Below the pieces are notes generated by a model. The model saw nothing but the letters and a program-made list of their open reading frames with translations. It was not told where the DNA came from and searched no databases. A stretch of 64,000 bases of DNA from contig JAKQNP010000003.1 in assembly GCA_029565675.1 (NCBI GenBank), positions 1,294-65,293 on the forward strand, in the 5' to 3' direction. The first letter of the stretch is position 1. Every line of letters starts with the position of its first letter. Positions 46,541 to 55,814 of this stretch are shown here, piece by piece. The stretch is from a bacterium. Its GTDB lineage: Bacteria; Zhuqueibacterota; Zhuqueibacteria; Residuimicrobiales; Oceaniaggregativiventaceae. Both the position numbers and the translations under genes were made by a program.

Positions 46541-47833
46541 TCAGCGGTTCAGCAGCATATCGAGACGATGGACGACCTGGATCATCGAGCGGACAGTGTG
46601 ATAGTTGATCTTCCAGGCATGGCCGAGAGCATCGTCAATGAGGTTCCCCTGCCGGTCGAGGCGTTCGAACCACTCTCCCCCACCAGCCCAACAGATGAAT
46701 TTGTCAAATACGAAATGATACACCTGTACAAAAGCGCGCCAGTAGCGTTCATCGCCGAACAACAAACAGGCATCGAGCATGCCAACAAGCACTTCTGCCT
46801 GTTGCCAGAACTGTTTTTCGGTATCGTTGGGCGGACCGTTAAAAGGTCCATCGACGCAAACACCGCCATATTGCCAATCGATGCCGTTTTCACAACAGTG
46901 ATCCGCAATTTTGCGGATCACGTCGAGATAGGGCATGGCAGGTTTGTCAAGAATTTCCAGGGCATGCAACAGAAGCCACGAAAATTCGACATTATGGCCA
47001 TACGACGTCGTATCCAACGGACGCGCCACGCCGTCAGCAGGTGCAGCATCTCGTCCCCATTCGGTTTCAAAGAGAATGGCTGCAAGCGGAGTGAAATCGA
47101 GGCTGAACTGCATATAACCGACTCGATATTCAGGATGCAGCATTCGTTCGAGGATGAGGCTGATCACCTCGAGCAGGCGCCGGCGGTGGCTGGGGTGGTG
47201 GGTCATTTCATAAAGCCGGGTCAAGGCTTCCATCATGTGCATATGCACATCAAAACCTTTGCGATCACCGCCGAATCTGCCAGGTCGCTCGGGCTGCCAG
47301 TCCTCCTGCATAATCTCGTAATATCCGCCGAAACGAGTGTCGCTCATGTTTTTTTGAATAGCAGCATAGGTATCCAGAGCAGCCTGGCGGCCTCGCGCAT
47401 CACCTGATGCGAGATAGTATTCGCTCATCGCATAGATGGCGAAGCACTGTCCGTACCCGATCTTGCTTCGGTTCAACGGATTGCCCTGGCGGTCGGCGAT
47501 CCAGATCCATCCTTCATTCTTCTGGTCCTGGTAGTGATTGAGAATAAAGTCCGCTCCACTTCGAGCCAGCTGCAAACATTTGCCATCTGCTGAATATCCC
47601 GCGCGATGAGCAGCGGCAAAGGTGTAGAGAGAGCGAATCTGCATCAAAAAAGTCTTGTCGGTTTCACCGGTCGCCTGGCCGTTTCGATCATAATAGGTCA
47701 AAAAACCGCCGTACTGCTGATCGATGGCGCGTTCGATCCAAAAGGGCAAAAGAGTCTGGCGCAGATAATCGTCGGTTTGGCAGCGGATTTTTTGAATTTC
47801 GTCTCGATCAAACAAGGATTTCATCCTGGTCAA
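46541..47833 (-). CDS. N-acylglucosamine 2-epimerase (AGE) superfamily epimerase/isomerase
   Basis: 430 aa. FWIERAIDQQYGGFLTYYDRNG and repeated (alpha/alpha)6-barrel blocks are typical of AGE/cellobiose-2-epimerase/mannose-isomerase proteins. Confidence 0.8.
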   Translation of the reverse strand: MTRMKSLFDRDEIQKIRCQTDDYLRQTLLPFWIERAIDQQYGGFLTYYDRNGQATGETDKTFLMQIRSLYTFAAAHRAGYSADGKCLQLARSGADFILNHYQDQKNEGWIWIADRQGNPLNRSKIGYGQCFAIYAMSEYYLASGDARGRQAALDTYAAIQKNMSDTRFGGYYEIMQEDWQPERPGRFGGDRKGFDVHMHMMEALTRLYEMTHHPSHRRRLLEVISLILERMLHPEYRVGYMQFSLDFTPLAAILFETEWGRDAAPADGVARPLDTTSYGHNVEFSWLLLHALEILDKPAMPYLDVIRKIADHCCENGIDWQYGGVCVDGPFNGPPNDTEKQFWQQAEVLVGMLDACLLFGDERYWRAFVQVYHFVFDKFICWAGGGEWFERLDRQGNLIDDALGHAWKINYHTVRSMIQVVHRLDMLLNR

Positions 47834-47886
47834 CCTCTAGAGGGGACAACAGAATCGAATCGGGGTCGATATGATACATTCGCCAC

Positions 47887-48312
47887 CTACCTGTCGCAGT
47901 GATCGGAATCAGGCCAAAATGGGCGGCTAATTTGTCGTGCAAAAGATCGTCCGCGTTGATGATCACTCAGGGTGGTGCCCAGCAGAGCAATCGACATGAA
48001 CGATGCCAGAGAAAGTCGGAAAAAATGATCGATTCTTGGAGCCGGCAGAGCAAGGATCAGCAGGATAAACGCCAAAGGTGTCCAACGCTGAGCGAAATTG
48101 AGGGTATTCATGAAACGGTCCGGAGCAAAAAAATGAAAAGAAAAAAATAGCCACGATGCGGAAAAAGGAACCCATCGTATTCGGTTTTTCAAATCCTTTC
48201 GATGGGTCAGCAAAACCATGAAGAGCCAAGCAACAACAAGAAAAAACAATGTCCATTCAGGTTTCTCCACAGACTTGGCATCGTCACTTGATGAGCAATT
48301 TTTGTTACCCAC
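47887..48312 (-). CDS. possible small membrane protein
   Basis: GTG-initiated ORF filling the gap between two minus-strand genes. It has three or four hydrophobic segments and no recognisable family. Confidence 0.3.
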   Translation of the reverse strand: MGNKNCSSSDDAKSVEKPEWTLFFLVVAWLFMVLLTHRKDLKNRIRWVPFSASWLFFSFHFFAPDRFMNTLNFAQRWTPLAFILLILALPAPRIDHFFRLSLASFMSIALLGTTLSDHQRGRSFARQISRPFWPDSDHCDR

Positions 48313-48315
48313 TTT

Positions 48316-50523
48316 TCAAAGCTTTCGCACAAAAAGGTCGACTTGACCGTATTCCGCCGCAAAGGTAAACTCTCTGTCCGTTGCAGTTGAACGAACGTGA
48401 TAGAGATCATACGGCAGGGAGATGGTTCGCCTTCCCGGGCTTTCGGCAACAGTCGCCACGACATCCCGGCTGGCCATCACCAGGTCGGGTTCGCTGCTCC
48501 ACAACTGCGCGCCGCTGCGTACGGCCAACCATCGCAAAACATGGGCCGGTAGCGGCGCTGATCCCAGATAAACCGAATGATAACCTTGCACCGTCTTGCA
48601 GGCAAATGCCGCCAAGCCGTTGTCTTGCCAGACACCCCAAATATCGGCATCGTTATCCTGGACGGCAAATCGCGGCCACCGTTGTTCATCGACCCCAAAT
48701 ACCATCTGACCTTTCCAGTCACTGGCGGTAATGGTGGTCTGGATCAACATGGAACCCGGTTCGTCGAGAACTTGGAAATGAAAACCGGTCAAAGCTTGCA
48801 TCCGTTCAAGATCGATACGGTCAGGCCGCAGCAAAGCAGGCGCATAATACCAGACCACGGTGATGCCGCTGTTTTCTGCGAGCCGGTGCAGTCTCTTGAC
48901 TTGCTCATCCTGCAGATAGAAAAGATTGACCATCAGCCACAGTTTGTGGCGTTTGAGATCTTTAGACTGCAAATCGAAATGATAGAGAAAATCGACAGGC
49001 GCGCCGATTCGGTGCAAGGCTCGAGCCTGAGAATCCATAAACCAGCGCATAAAGTAATCGAGGTTTTCACCGCCCTTGGTAAAAGGCATGTCAGCACGCC
49101 AATGGCGGGTGGCGGCAAAGGTTTTTGCATCATAGACCGCTGCTATTTCAGCCACAGAATCGAGCTGCATGGCAGAGCGGCTCTCACCCCATTGCTGGAA
49201 CGCCCGCACCAGCTCGATCAATCGCGGATCACTGTACCAACTTTTACCCGAACGCAACACCGGGCCAAAATCAAAAAGCCACCCACCTGCTCCCTTTGCC
49301 AAAACCTGAGCCAGATCGCGTTCGACGATTTTGAGGGATCCATCAACCTCGGTGCACCCGTCTCCGCCGATCATGCAGAACTCTCTGTCCACATCCTGGG
49401 CGCCGCTGCCATCAGGATTCACCGGCGGCGGTTCGATGAAAGTGCTGGCATCGAGTTCGGCAAAATAGAGCTTGCCGTGTCGGCGCAGCGATTCCAGCAG
49501 CACCCGGTAACCCCCATCACCGGCGATGCCTCGTGCGCGACCAAGCGCATTGCCAGCGCCATCCACCACATCGTGTTCCCACCACTGTCGATCCGTCAGG
49601 TTGGTCGTTTGATACGAATAGGGACTGGCAATAAAATCGATATCTGCACTTGACAATATCTTTTCCGGCGCCAGGTGTCCGCCTTCCTGCATCCAAACAT
49701 TTTCCAACTGATAGCCATAGAAAGCGCCGCATAACACTCTTCTACCCGTCACCTCTTTTGCCTGCCGTGCAAAACTCAGCAGGACATCGGCGGTATAGTC
49801 ATGGAATCGCCAATAATAGTCGATCACCTCTTGTTCATGTTGCGGGTCGCGCAACAGGCCAAACGTACTCTGCGTTCTTGCCTGCAGGTCAGGAGCAGGA
49901 CCGATTTTCTCCGCCAGAGCGGGATTAAAATCAGGCAGAAAGGCGGAGAGGGAATAATGCCATTCGCCGTAGATCCCGCCTCCGAGTTGGTAGCCGATCA
50001 CTCTGTTGGCCAATGAAGAATTTTCGATAAATTGCAAAAATGAGCCAAAAAGCAGCTGCATCTCTGCGAGATAGCGATCAGAACCCAGAGAGGGTTCGCT
50101 CGATTGAATTCCCCACAACCAGCCGCCGTGCGGGTTGCGCCGTACCGGCCGATAGGGTTGGACAGGCAATGCGGTTTGTACCAACTCTTGCGGATAGCGT
50201 TCCTTCCACCACAGGGGCACATCGAAAAGCACGCGCGGCAAAAAATAGGCTTCAGAGTGATTCTCGAGCAGCTGAGCAAATACCGACTCGATGCTCTGCC
50301 ACTCGTAACAGCCTGGCCGCAGCCACCCCTCATTCAGACCGAGTATTGGATGCAAGATCTGTAGGCCCGCCTGTTTGAAATAGCGAACAGCAGCCGGCAG
50401 GTCCCAACTCCAGGCGAGCAACGGAAAGCGTTCCACGCCGTTGACGATCAATCGGGGTGCGCCTGCGCGAATCGCAATTTGGGCTACTGCCTTGGATTCG
50501 TCCTGCAATCGATCCACAAACAT
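48316..50523 (-). CDS. putative glycoside hydrolase with GH42-like domain order
   Basis: 735 aa and cytoplasmic, with no signal peptide. An N-terminal TIM-barrel-like region is followed by IAAVYDAKTF...KLWLMVNLFYL...GITVVWYYAP, which resembles the GH42 middle domain. Confidence 0.55.
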   Translation of the reverse strand: MFVDRLQDESKAVAQIAIRAGAPRLIVNGVERFPLLAWSWDLPAAVRYFKQAGLQILHPILGLNEGWLRPGCYEWQSIESVFAQLLENHSEAYFLPRVLFDVPLWWKERYPQELVQTALPVQPYRPVRRNPHGGWLWGIQSSEPSLGSDRYLAEMQLLFGSFLQFIENSSLANRVIGYQLGGGIYGEWHYSLSAFLPDFNPALAEKIGPAPDLQARTQSTFGLLRDPQHEQEVIDYYWRFHDYTADVLLSFARQAKEVTGRRVLCGAFYGYQLENVWMQEGGHLAPEKILSSADIDFIASPYSYQTTNLTDRQWWEHDVVDGAGNALGRARGIAGDGGYRVLLESLRRHGKLYFAELDASTFIEPPPVNPDGSGAQDVDREFCMIGGDGCTEVDGSLKIVERDLAQVLAKGAGGWLFDFGPVLRSGKSWYSDPRLIELVRAFQQWGESRSAMQLDSVAEIAAVYDAKTFAATRHWRADMPFTKGGENLDYFMRWFMDSQARALHRIGAPVDFLYHFDLQSKDLKRHKLWLMVNLFYLQDEQVKRLHRLAENSGITVVWYYAPALLRPDRIDLERMQALTGFHFQVLDEPGSMLIQTTITASDWKGQMVFGVDEQRWPRFAVQDNDADIWGVWQDNGLAAFACKTVQGYHSVYLGSAPLPAHVLRWLAVRSGAQLWSSEPDLVMASRDVVATVAESPGRRTISLPYDLYHVRSTATDREFTFAAEYGQVDLFVRKL

Positions 50524-50955
50524 ATTCCTTTTCTTTGCCCCGGAAAGACGACTTGACGTTTTCTATCCCGCGAATGTTGGTGGAAAGCGGGTTTTCGCCG
50601 GCTATTTTCATACCGAGTTTCAAAGGAACAACCTGAAAATCCCGACCAGGAAGATGGAGCGGGGTTTTGCTGTTCTCGGTATCGCCACAAAGGCGAGGAC
50701 GGTATTCTTTTAAAAATCGGCGGCCCTTGTTTCACAACCGCCGGATGTTTCAGATAGTCAGCGGCAGTTTCAACAGACCGGCAGGGGCGACGCTCGGTAC
50801 TCATACGTAAAATGAAATAATTTGTTGCGGTTTGATAACACCGCAAAAACATTTATCTCTGAGGTTGTTCGCGATCACTGTCCAATAACTGAATATGTTA
50901 TAGCGCTGGCGATAAATCCGGCCGGCGCAGGACCTGGTCGGGCCTGCCACCTGCT

Positions 50956-53826
50956 CTATCGGGTGGACAAAACTTGTTCCGAGAATGAGGTTTGCATTTC
51001 ATTGGTCCACTCCAGTGCCAGGCCGTGCAAGTGTGTTCCCTCTGCCAGCGCAAAAGCGATCGGTTGTTTTTGTACATTCAAACGCACCCATAACCATTCC
51101 GCATCGGATTCGATTCGCCAGTCTGCCTGCACCCAGGCTCGTCGCGTGCGATAGTCCGGTTGCTGGTCGAGAGGGTTTTCGGCATCCATTGCCACGATCA
51201 AATCCGTATACCCATTGGCCAGTTTGATTTCGAGAGCGGCGTTCATTGGGCCATAAACCTCGCCATCAGGAGTCAGAAGGGGTAATCTGTGGGCGCTGAC
51301 GACAGACGGCTGACTGCCGAACGGCTCGATTACATCGATAAACAGCGAAGAAAGCGGTGCTGTATCCGCAGTGCGCTGCACCAACAAAGTGGATAATTCG
51401 CCCTCACCGCGATCGAAACCATAGGCAAACCAGGTATCGGCTACCCCCGCAGCGGCGCCGGCGGTTAAATCGATGATTTGCAGGCCGACTTTGCTTTTTG
51501 CCGGCAAATAGCCATAGGGATCAGCCAGTTGCCACTGCGCACTCCAACCCTGTTGCGGTTGGGGGTCGAGGCGGAAATTGCGCATCTCGCTTGTGGTATC
51601 GAAATCAGCGGTTTCAACCAGTTTTAACCCGCGGGTCGTCAGCTCGCCCGGGGCACCATGGAAGAATTTCGTGTGATCGCGACCGCCGATGGCGCGAAAC
51701 AAGTCGACGAGATAGGCAGTCGAATCGGCAAGATCGATCAGTGCAAGAGTCCGCTCGTATTGATCCATCTTGACGGTTTGCACCAATTGAGTTCCGCTGG
51801 CACGGATCACCTGAGCCTGATCGCCGACACCCCACAGAGTGGTCTGACCTTTGACGTGGCGTTTAAGTGGATTGAGCTGTTGGTGCATCGGTTCGGTCTC
51901 CGGCTGACCGATTTTGGCCACCTGATCGAGGCGATCGACCACAAGGGTATTGTGCGCAGCCGTGCGGCGATACCATAGTGCCTTTTTGGAAAACCATCCA
52001 CCATATTGTACCGGCGGATAGCCAAAACCTGGCAAGACATCGAGGCCGTGGCTGAACAGGCCAATATTCATTCCATCGGCATGGCAGTGATTGCCGCCGA
52101 TATCATAATCAAGCCACGCCACCGGGCTCAGGCTGTGCGTTGAGGAGCGAAGAAGCGCCACACACCAATCGGCTTTATTTGTCGATGCAACGCAAATATC
52201 GGTTCCCGCCGCCTCTATCACTTGTTTGACTCGTTGTTGAAATGCCGAGTGATCGGCCGTAAAGATGTCATAGGGCAAGCCTTCCAGCGAATGGTCGTTG
52301 GCTCGATAGAGGACCTGTATGAACGCGGTGTCGCCGGTCGATTGAAAGAGTTTTTCAAAGAGAGAAAAAGAAGAAGAAAACGGCGATTGCCAGATCGAGC
52401 CGGCACCGGGATCGCGGGAGAACAAGACGCCGGCATATTGTTCGTTCTTCTCACCCAGCCGTCCATCGTCGCCGATGCGAGGATAGTAGGATTGATCGAT
52501 CCAGGTATCGATATGAAAACGAAACATGTCGGCAAGATTCGCGTGCTTTTGCAATGATCGGGAGAGAAAATCATCGTCCAGACGGCTGAAACGGGAAAGA
52601 AAATCGGCCACCGCGCGCGGCGATAAGGCCGCATAGCCGGCGAGCCCCTTCTCACCGCTCAAGCCATTCACAGCTGTCGCACGCTCCAGCATACCATCAA
52701 TTCGCTGCAGTATCTCCTCCCGTTGTTTCGGCCAGGCCAGAACGGTATGCGCGGCAATCAAGGTCAGATCCGTTTGCGGGAAATTGCTGGTGATCTTGAA
52801 GGTGTCGCGAAACATTTGTCGCAGTATCCGGTCTTCAATGTTCGCGCGAATGTCTGCCAGATTGTTCTTGCGGTTGATCAGATGGTGTTGCACGGCTTTT
52901 TGGCCAAGAAAGGAAACCAACGAAGAATCCTGCTCCATTCCATCGTATATCTGATCATAGGCCATAATCAACAGGCGCGACTCGACACATGCATCATGCC
53001 AGATCGACACAAAGCCGTTCTGGTTAACGGTATCCTGCTTTTCATAGACCAGGCCCTGGTAGCGGTAGTCAAATGAAGGGTAAAGGTCCGCCACCCGATC
53101 CAGCAGAATCGCTGCTTTATGAGCATAGCGGGGATCGCCGCTCAGCACATAGGCAGCAGATAGATTGTGAATTCCCTCGACGATCAGTTTTTTCCATTGA
53201 CCATACAAAAGATAGGCACCGACAAAGCGCCAGCGATTGCCGTTTTGGACAAATCCATCACCGTCATCGACACCAAAAGTGTGCAGGGGATCAAGAGGAT
53301 CCGGGTGGTCGATGTTGTAAAGCAACGCACGGTCGGCTGAATCCGCATGAAAAACGCCATGCCGATCCAGACCGCTGCGATAAAAAGCCTGGAAATCATT
53401 GGTCGGAAACAAACTTTGACAATGCGGGCATTGCACTTTCCAGGGATGGGCAAAGGGATCGATTATCCAGGCATACATCCGCACATCTTTGCCACAGGCC
53501 GGACAAAAACCATCCGACCACACCATATGCGATCTGAATGGCTCAGGACCAAACATCAGATTCCACAGATCATCGTCCGAAAAACTCAGCCACGGCTCAG
53601 CCTTTTGCACCGCGTTTGTCTTGATCCGGCCAGCCCATTCATCCCGGTTTGCCTGCTCCTGTACCTGCTGCAGGACATCGGGAGAAAAGAAAACCGACTG
53701 CCTTTTTTGCGATGCAGGTATTTCGGTTTGTGGGCCGCATGCTGTGCCGAAGGTGATGCCGATCAGGGCAACAGCAAAAAAAAGCCAACTGAGCTTTTGA
53801 CGAAAAATAGGAATAGTTAAAAACAA
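50956..53826 (-). CDS. heparinase II/III-like polysaccharide lyase family protein, lipoprotein
   Basis: 956 aa. Lipobox FGTAC. The block GGNHCHADGMNIGLFSHGLDVLPGFGYP is characteristic of the heparinase II/III C-terminal domain. The N-terminal part has a CPACG...CPHCQ Cys4 pattern. Confidence 0.7.
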   Translation of the reverse strand: MFLTIPIFRQKLSWLFFAVALIGITFGTACGPQTEIPASQKRQSVFFSPDVLQQVQEQANRDEWAGRIKTNAVQKAEPWLSFSDDDLWNLMFGPEPFRSHMVWSDGFCPACGKDVRMYAWIIDPFAHPWKVQCPHCQSLFPTNDFQAFYRSGLDRHGVFHADSADRALLYNIDHPDPLDPLHTFGVDDGDGFVQNGNRWRFVGAYLLYGQWKKLIVEGIHNLSAAYVLSGDPRYAHKAAILLDRVADLYPSFDYRYQGLVYEKQDTVNQNGFVSIWHDACVESRLLIMAYDQIYDGMEQDSSLVSFLGQKAVQHHLINRKNNLADIRANIEDRILRQMFRDTFKITSNFPQTDLTLIAAHTVLAWPKQREEILQRIDGMLERATAVNGLSGEKGLAGYAALSPRAVADFLSRFSRLDDDFLSRSLQKHANLADMFRFHIDTWIDQSYYPRIGDDGRLGEKNEQYAGVLFSRDPGAGSIWQSPFSSSFSLFEKLFQSTGDTAFIQVLYRANDHSLEGLPYDIFTADHSAFQQRVKQVIEAAGTDICVASTNKADWCVALLRSSTHSLSPVAWLDYDIGGNHCHADGMNIGLFSHGLDVLPGFGYPPVQYGGWFSKKALWYRRTAAHNTLVVDRLDQVAKIGQPETEPMHQQLNPLKRHVKGQTTLWGVGDQAQVIRASGTQLVQTVKMDQYERTLALIDLADSTAYLVDLFRAIGGRDHTKFFHGAPGELTTRGLKLVETADFDTTSEMRNFRLDPQPQQGWSAQWQLADPYGYLPAKSKVGLQIIDLTAGAAAGVADTWFAYGFDRGEGELSTLLVQRTADTAPLSSLFIDVIEPFGSQPSVVSAHRLPLLTPDGEVYGPMNAALEIKLANGYTDLIVAMDAENPLDQQPDYRTRRAWVQADWRIESDAEWLWVRLNVQKQPIAFALAEGTHLHGLALEWTNEMQTSFSEQVLSTR

Positions 53827-53894
53827 GGCAAATCTCCTTCCGGCACGTCTGCGTGCCTGTCTTTCTTAACTGCAAAGTACGCCCATCCTGCCGA

Positions 53895-54824
53895 TCACCT
53901 AACATCGGCATTGGGTTGATTTTCCAAATCGAAGAAAGCAGCCAAAGCGCTGCGGATGGTTGGCCATTTGAATTGAAAATGAGCTTCCTGCAAACGTTTG
54001 GGAACCACCCGAGCGCTGCCGAGGATCATCTCATCCCCCATGGATCCTAAAGCCAAACGCAGAAATGGTGCGGGAACGGCAAAGAAAGCGGGGCGATTGA
54101 GGGCAGAAGCCAAAGACCGGGTGAACTCTTTGTTTGTTACCGGTTCCGGCGCCACAACGTTGAACGGACCGACAGCCGCATCGGCATGGAGAAGAAAACT
54201 CAAAGCGCGCACCAAGTCATCCAAAGTGACCCAGCTCATATAACTGCGGCCCGACCCCAACCGTCCACCCAGGCCCGCCCGAAAAATGGGTCCAAGCTTG
54301 CCCAAAAAACCGCCTTGTGGTGTCAGCACCAAGCCAAAGCGCGTGTGAACACAACGGATACCGGCACCGACGGCAGAATCAGCGGCTGCTTCCCACTCCT
54401 TGCAGACTGTGGCTAAAAAACCATCCCCCGGAGGACTCTGTTCATCGAGGATCTCATCGCCGCGATTGCCATAATACCCGGTCGCTGAAGCAACAAGCAA
54501 GACTTTCGGAGGGGGTGACATTTCTGCCAGGATGGAGCTGAGAAAACAAGTGCTCTGTACCCGGCTGGTGAGAATCCGCTCGCGTTTCTGCCGTGTCCAA
54601 ATTCCAAATATCGGCTCACCGCCCAGGTGCACCACGGCATCCACATCCTGAAAACGTTGCAGGTCAATTCTTTTTTCATTCGGAGACCAATAGATGTGCC
54701 GGTCGCCTGCCTGTGCTGCGTTGCGCACCAGGTGCCTGACAATTATCCCTTGCCGGGACAATGCTTCGCCAAGAGCAGAACCGATCAAACCGCTTGCGCC
54801 TGAGAGTGCGACCGTGTTTATCAT
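53895..54824 (-). CDS. TIGR01777/YfcH-like epimerase-family protein (SDR fold plus DUF1731)
   Basis: GASGLIGSAL Rossmann motif. The C-terminal RVVPKRLQEAHFQFKWPTIRSAL is typical of DUF1731. Confidence 0.85.
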   Translation of the reverse strand: MINTVALSGASGLIGSALGEALSRQGIIVRHLVRNAAQAGDRHIYWSPNEKRIDLQRFQDVDAVVHLGGEPIFGIWTRQKRERILTSRVQSTCFLSSILAEMSPPPKVLLVASATGYYGNRGDEILDEQSPPGDGFLATVCKEWEAAADSAVGAGIRCVHTRFGLVLTPQGGFLGKLGPIFRAGLGGRLGSGRSYMSWVTLDDLVRALSFLLHADAAVGPFNVVAPEPVTNKEFTRSLASALNRPAFFAVPAPFLRLALGSMGDEMILGSARVVPKRLQEAHFQFKWPTIRSALAAFFDLENQPNADVR

Positions 54825-54968
54825 CGTTTTTTTGTGTGGGCTCGGTTAATGCAAATTCGATGAGGTTCAGCAATGGTAAATTCTGCCTAAACTAACAAAA
54901 TAAAAGCAGCGGTGCAACAACAATTCAAAATAGGCAGTTTTTGCTCTCTGATTTGTGGAGTTTTGTAT

Positions 54969-54997
54969 TTGCAGAATAGCTTTGATTTGAGTATACT
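54969..54997 (+). promoter_or_regulatory. candidate sigma70-type promoter
   Basis: TTGCAG, a 17-nt spacer, then TATACT. An AAGGAG RBS (55008-55013) and the ATG at 55020 follow. Confidence 0.4.
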
Positions 54998-55019
54998 TGA
55001 TAAATTTAAGGAGCCCACC

Positions 55020-55814
55020 ATGATCGACAGTGAATGGATAATCGACGGACACGTACATATCTACCCCAATTTCGATCCCATCCGCCTTTTTGCAGCTGCA
55101 CAGCACAATCTCTTGCGTCATTGCACCTTGGAAAATTATCAAATGGCTTTGTTGCTGACCGAAAGGGCGGACTGCAATTTTTTCTCGCGGTTGAGCGTCC
55201 GACCTGCGCTGCCTGGCGGATGGAGCGTGGAGCCGACTGCCGAAAAAGAGGTGCTGCGCCTGATTTCGCCGCAAGGCCAACCTCTGTTGCTGTTCGCCGG
55301 TCGTCAAATTGTCAGCAAAGAAGGGCTGGAGATCTGTTCGCTTGCCTCATCATTTTTTGTTGCGGATCGACAGTTCGCGGCTGCGGAGGCAGTCCAGCAG
55401 ATTCGCGAAAATGGCGGTTTGGCCGCTTTGAATTGGGCGCCCGGGAAATGGTTTGGCAAACGCGGCAAAACAGTGGACCAGCTGTTCACTGCTTTTTCGG
55501 CAGCCGATCTCATGATCAGCGACACCACCATGCGACCGATCTTTTGGCCGACCCCCTACAAAATGCAGCAAGCGCAAAAAAAAGGTCGCCTTGTGATTGC
55601 CGGATCCGATCCTCTCCCCTTTTTCGGCGAGGAAAGCTGGGTCGGCCGATACGCTTTCTGCATCAAATGGCCCGGACAAACCGAGCACCCCGGCGCAGCC
55701 CTTCGAGAGATGCTGCGTTCAACAGAGATTAAGCGTGTGGGCCGTCGAAGCGGCATCACCGAATTTGCCCATCGGCAAATCCGCATCATGCGGGAGAAGA
55801 AAGAACGAAGTTGA
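55020..55814 (+). CDS. hypothetical protein with N-terminal DGHVH metal-hydrolase-like motif
   Basis: Track ORF 54912..55814. The ATG at 55020 follows AAGGAG. WIIDGHVHIYP resembles the HxH start of amidohydrolase/PHP-type folds. The rest is unrecognised. Confidence 0.55.
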   Translation: MIDSEWIIDGHVHIYPNFDPIRLFAAAQHNLLRHCTLENYQMALLLTERADCNFFSRLSVRPALPGGWSVEPTAEKEVLRLISPQGQPLLLFAGRQIVSKEGLEICSLASSFFVADRQFAAAEAVQQIRENGGLAALNWAPGKWFGKRGKTVDQLFTAFSAADLMISDTTMRPIFWPTPYKMQQAQKKGRLVIAGSDPLPFFGEESWVGRYAFCIKWPGQTEHPGAALREMLRSTEIKRVGRRSGITEFAHRQIRIMREKKERS

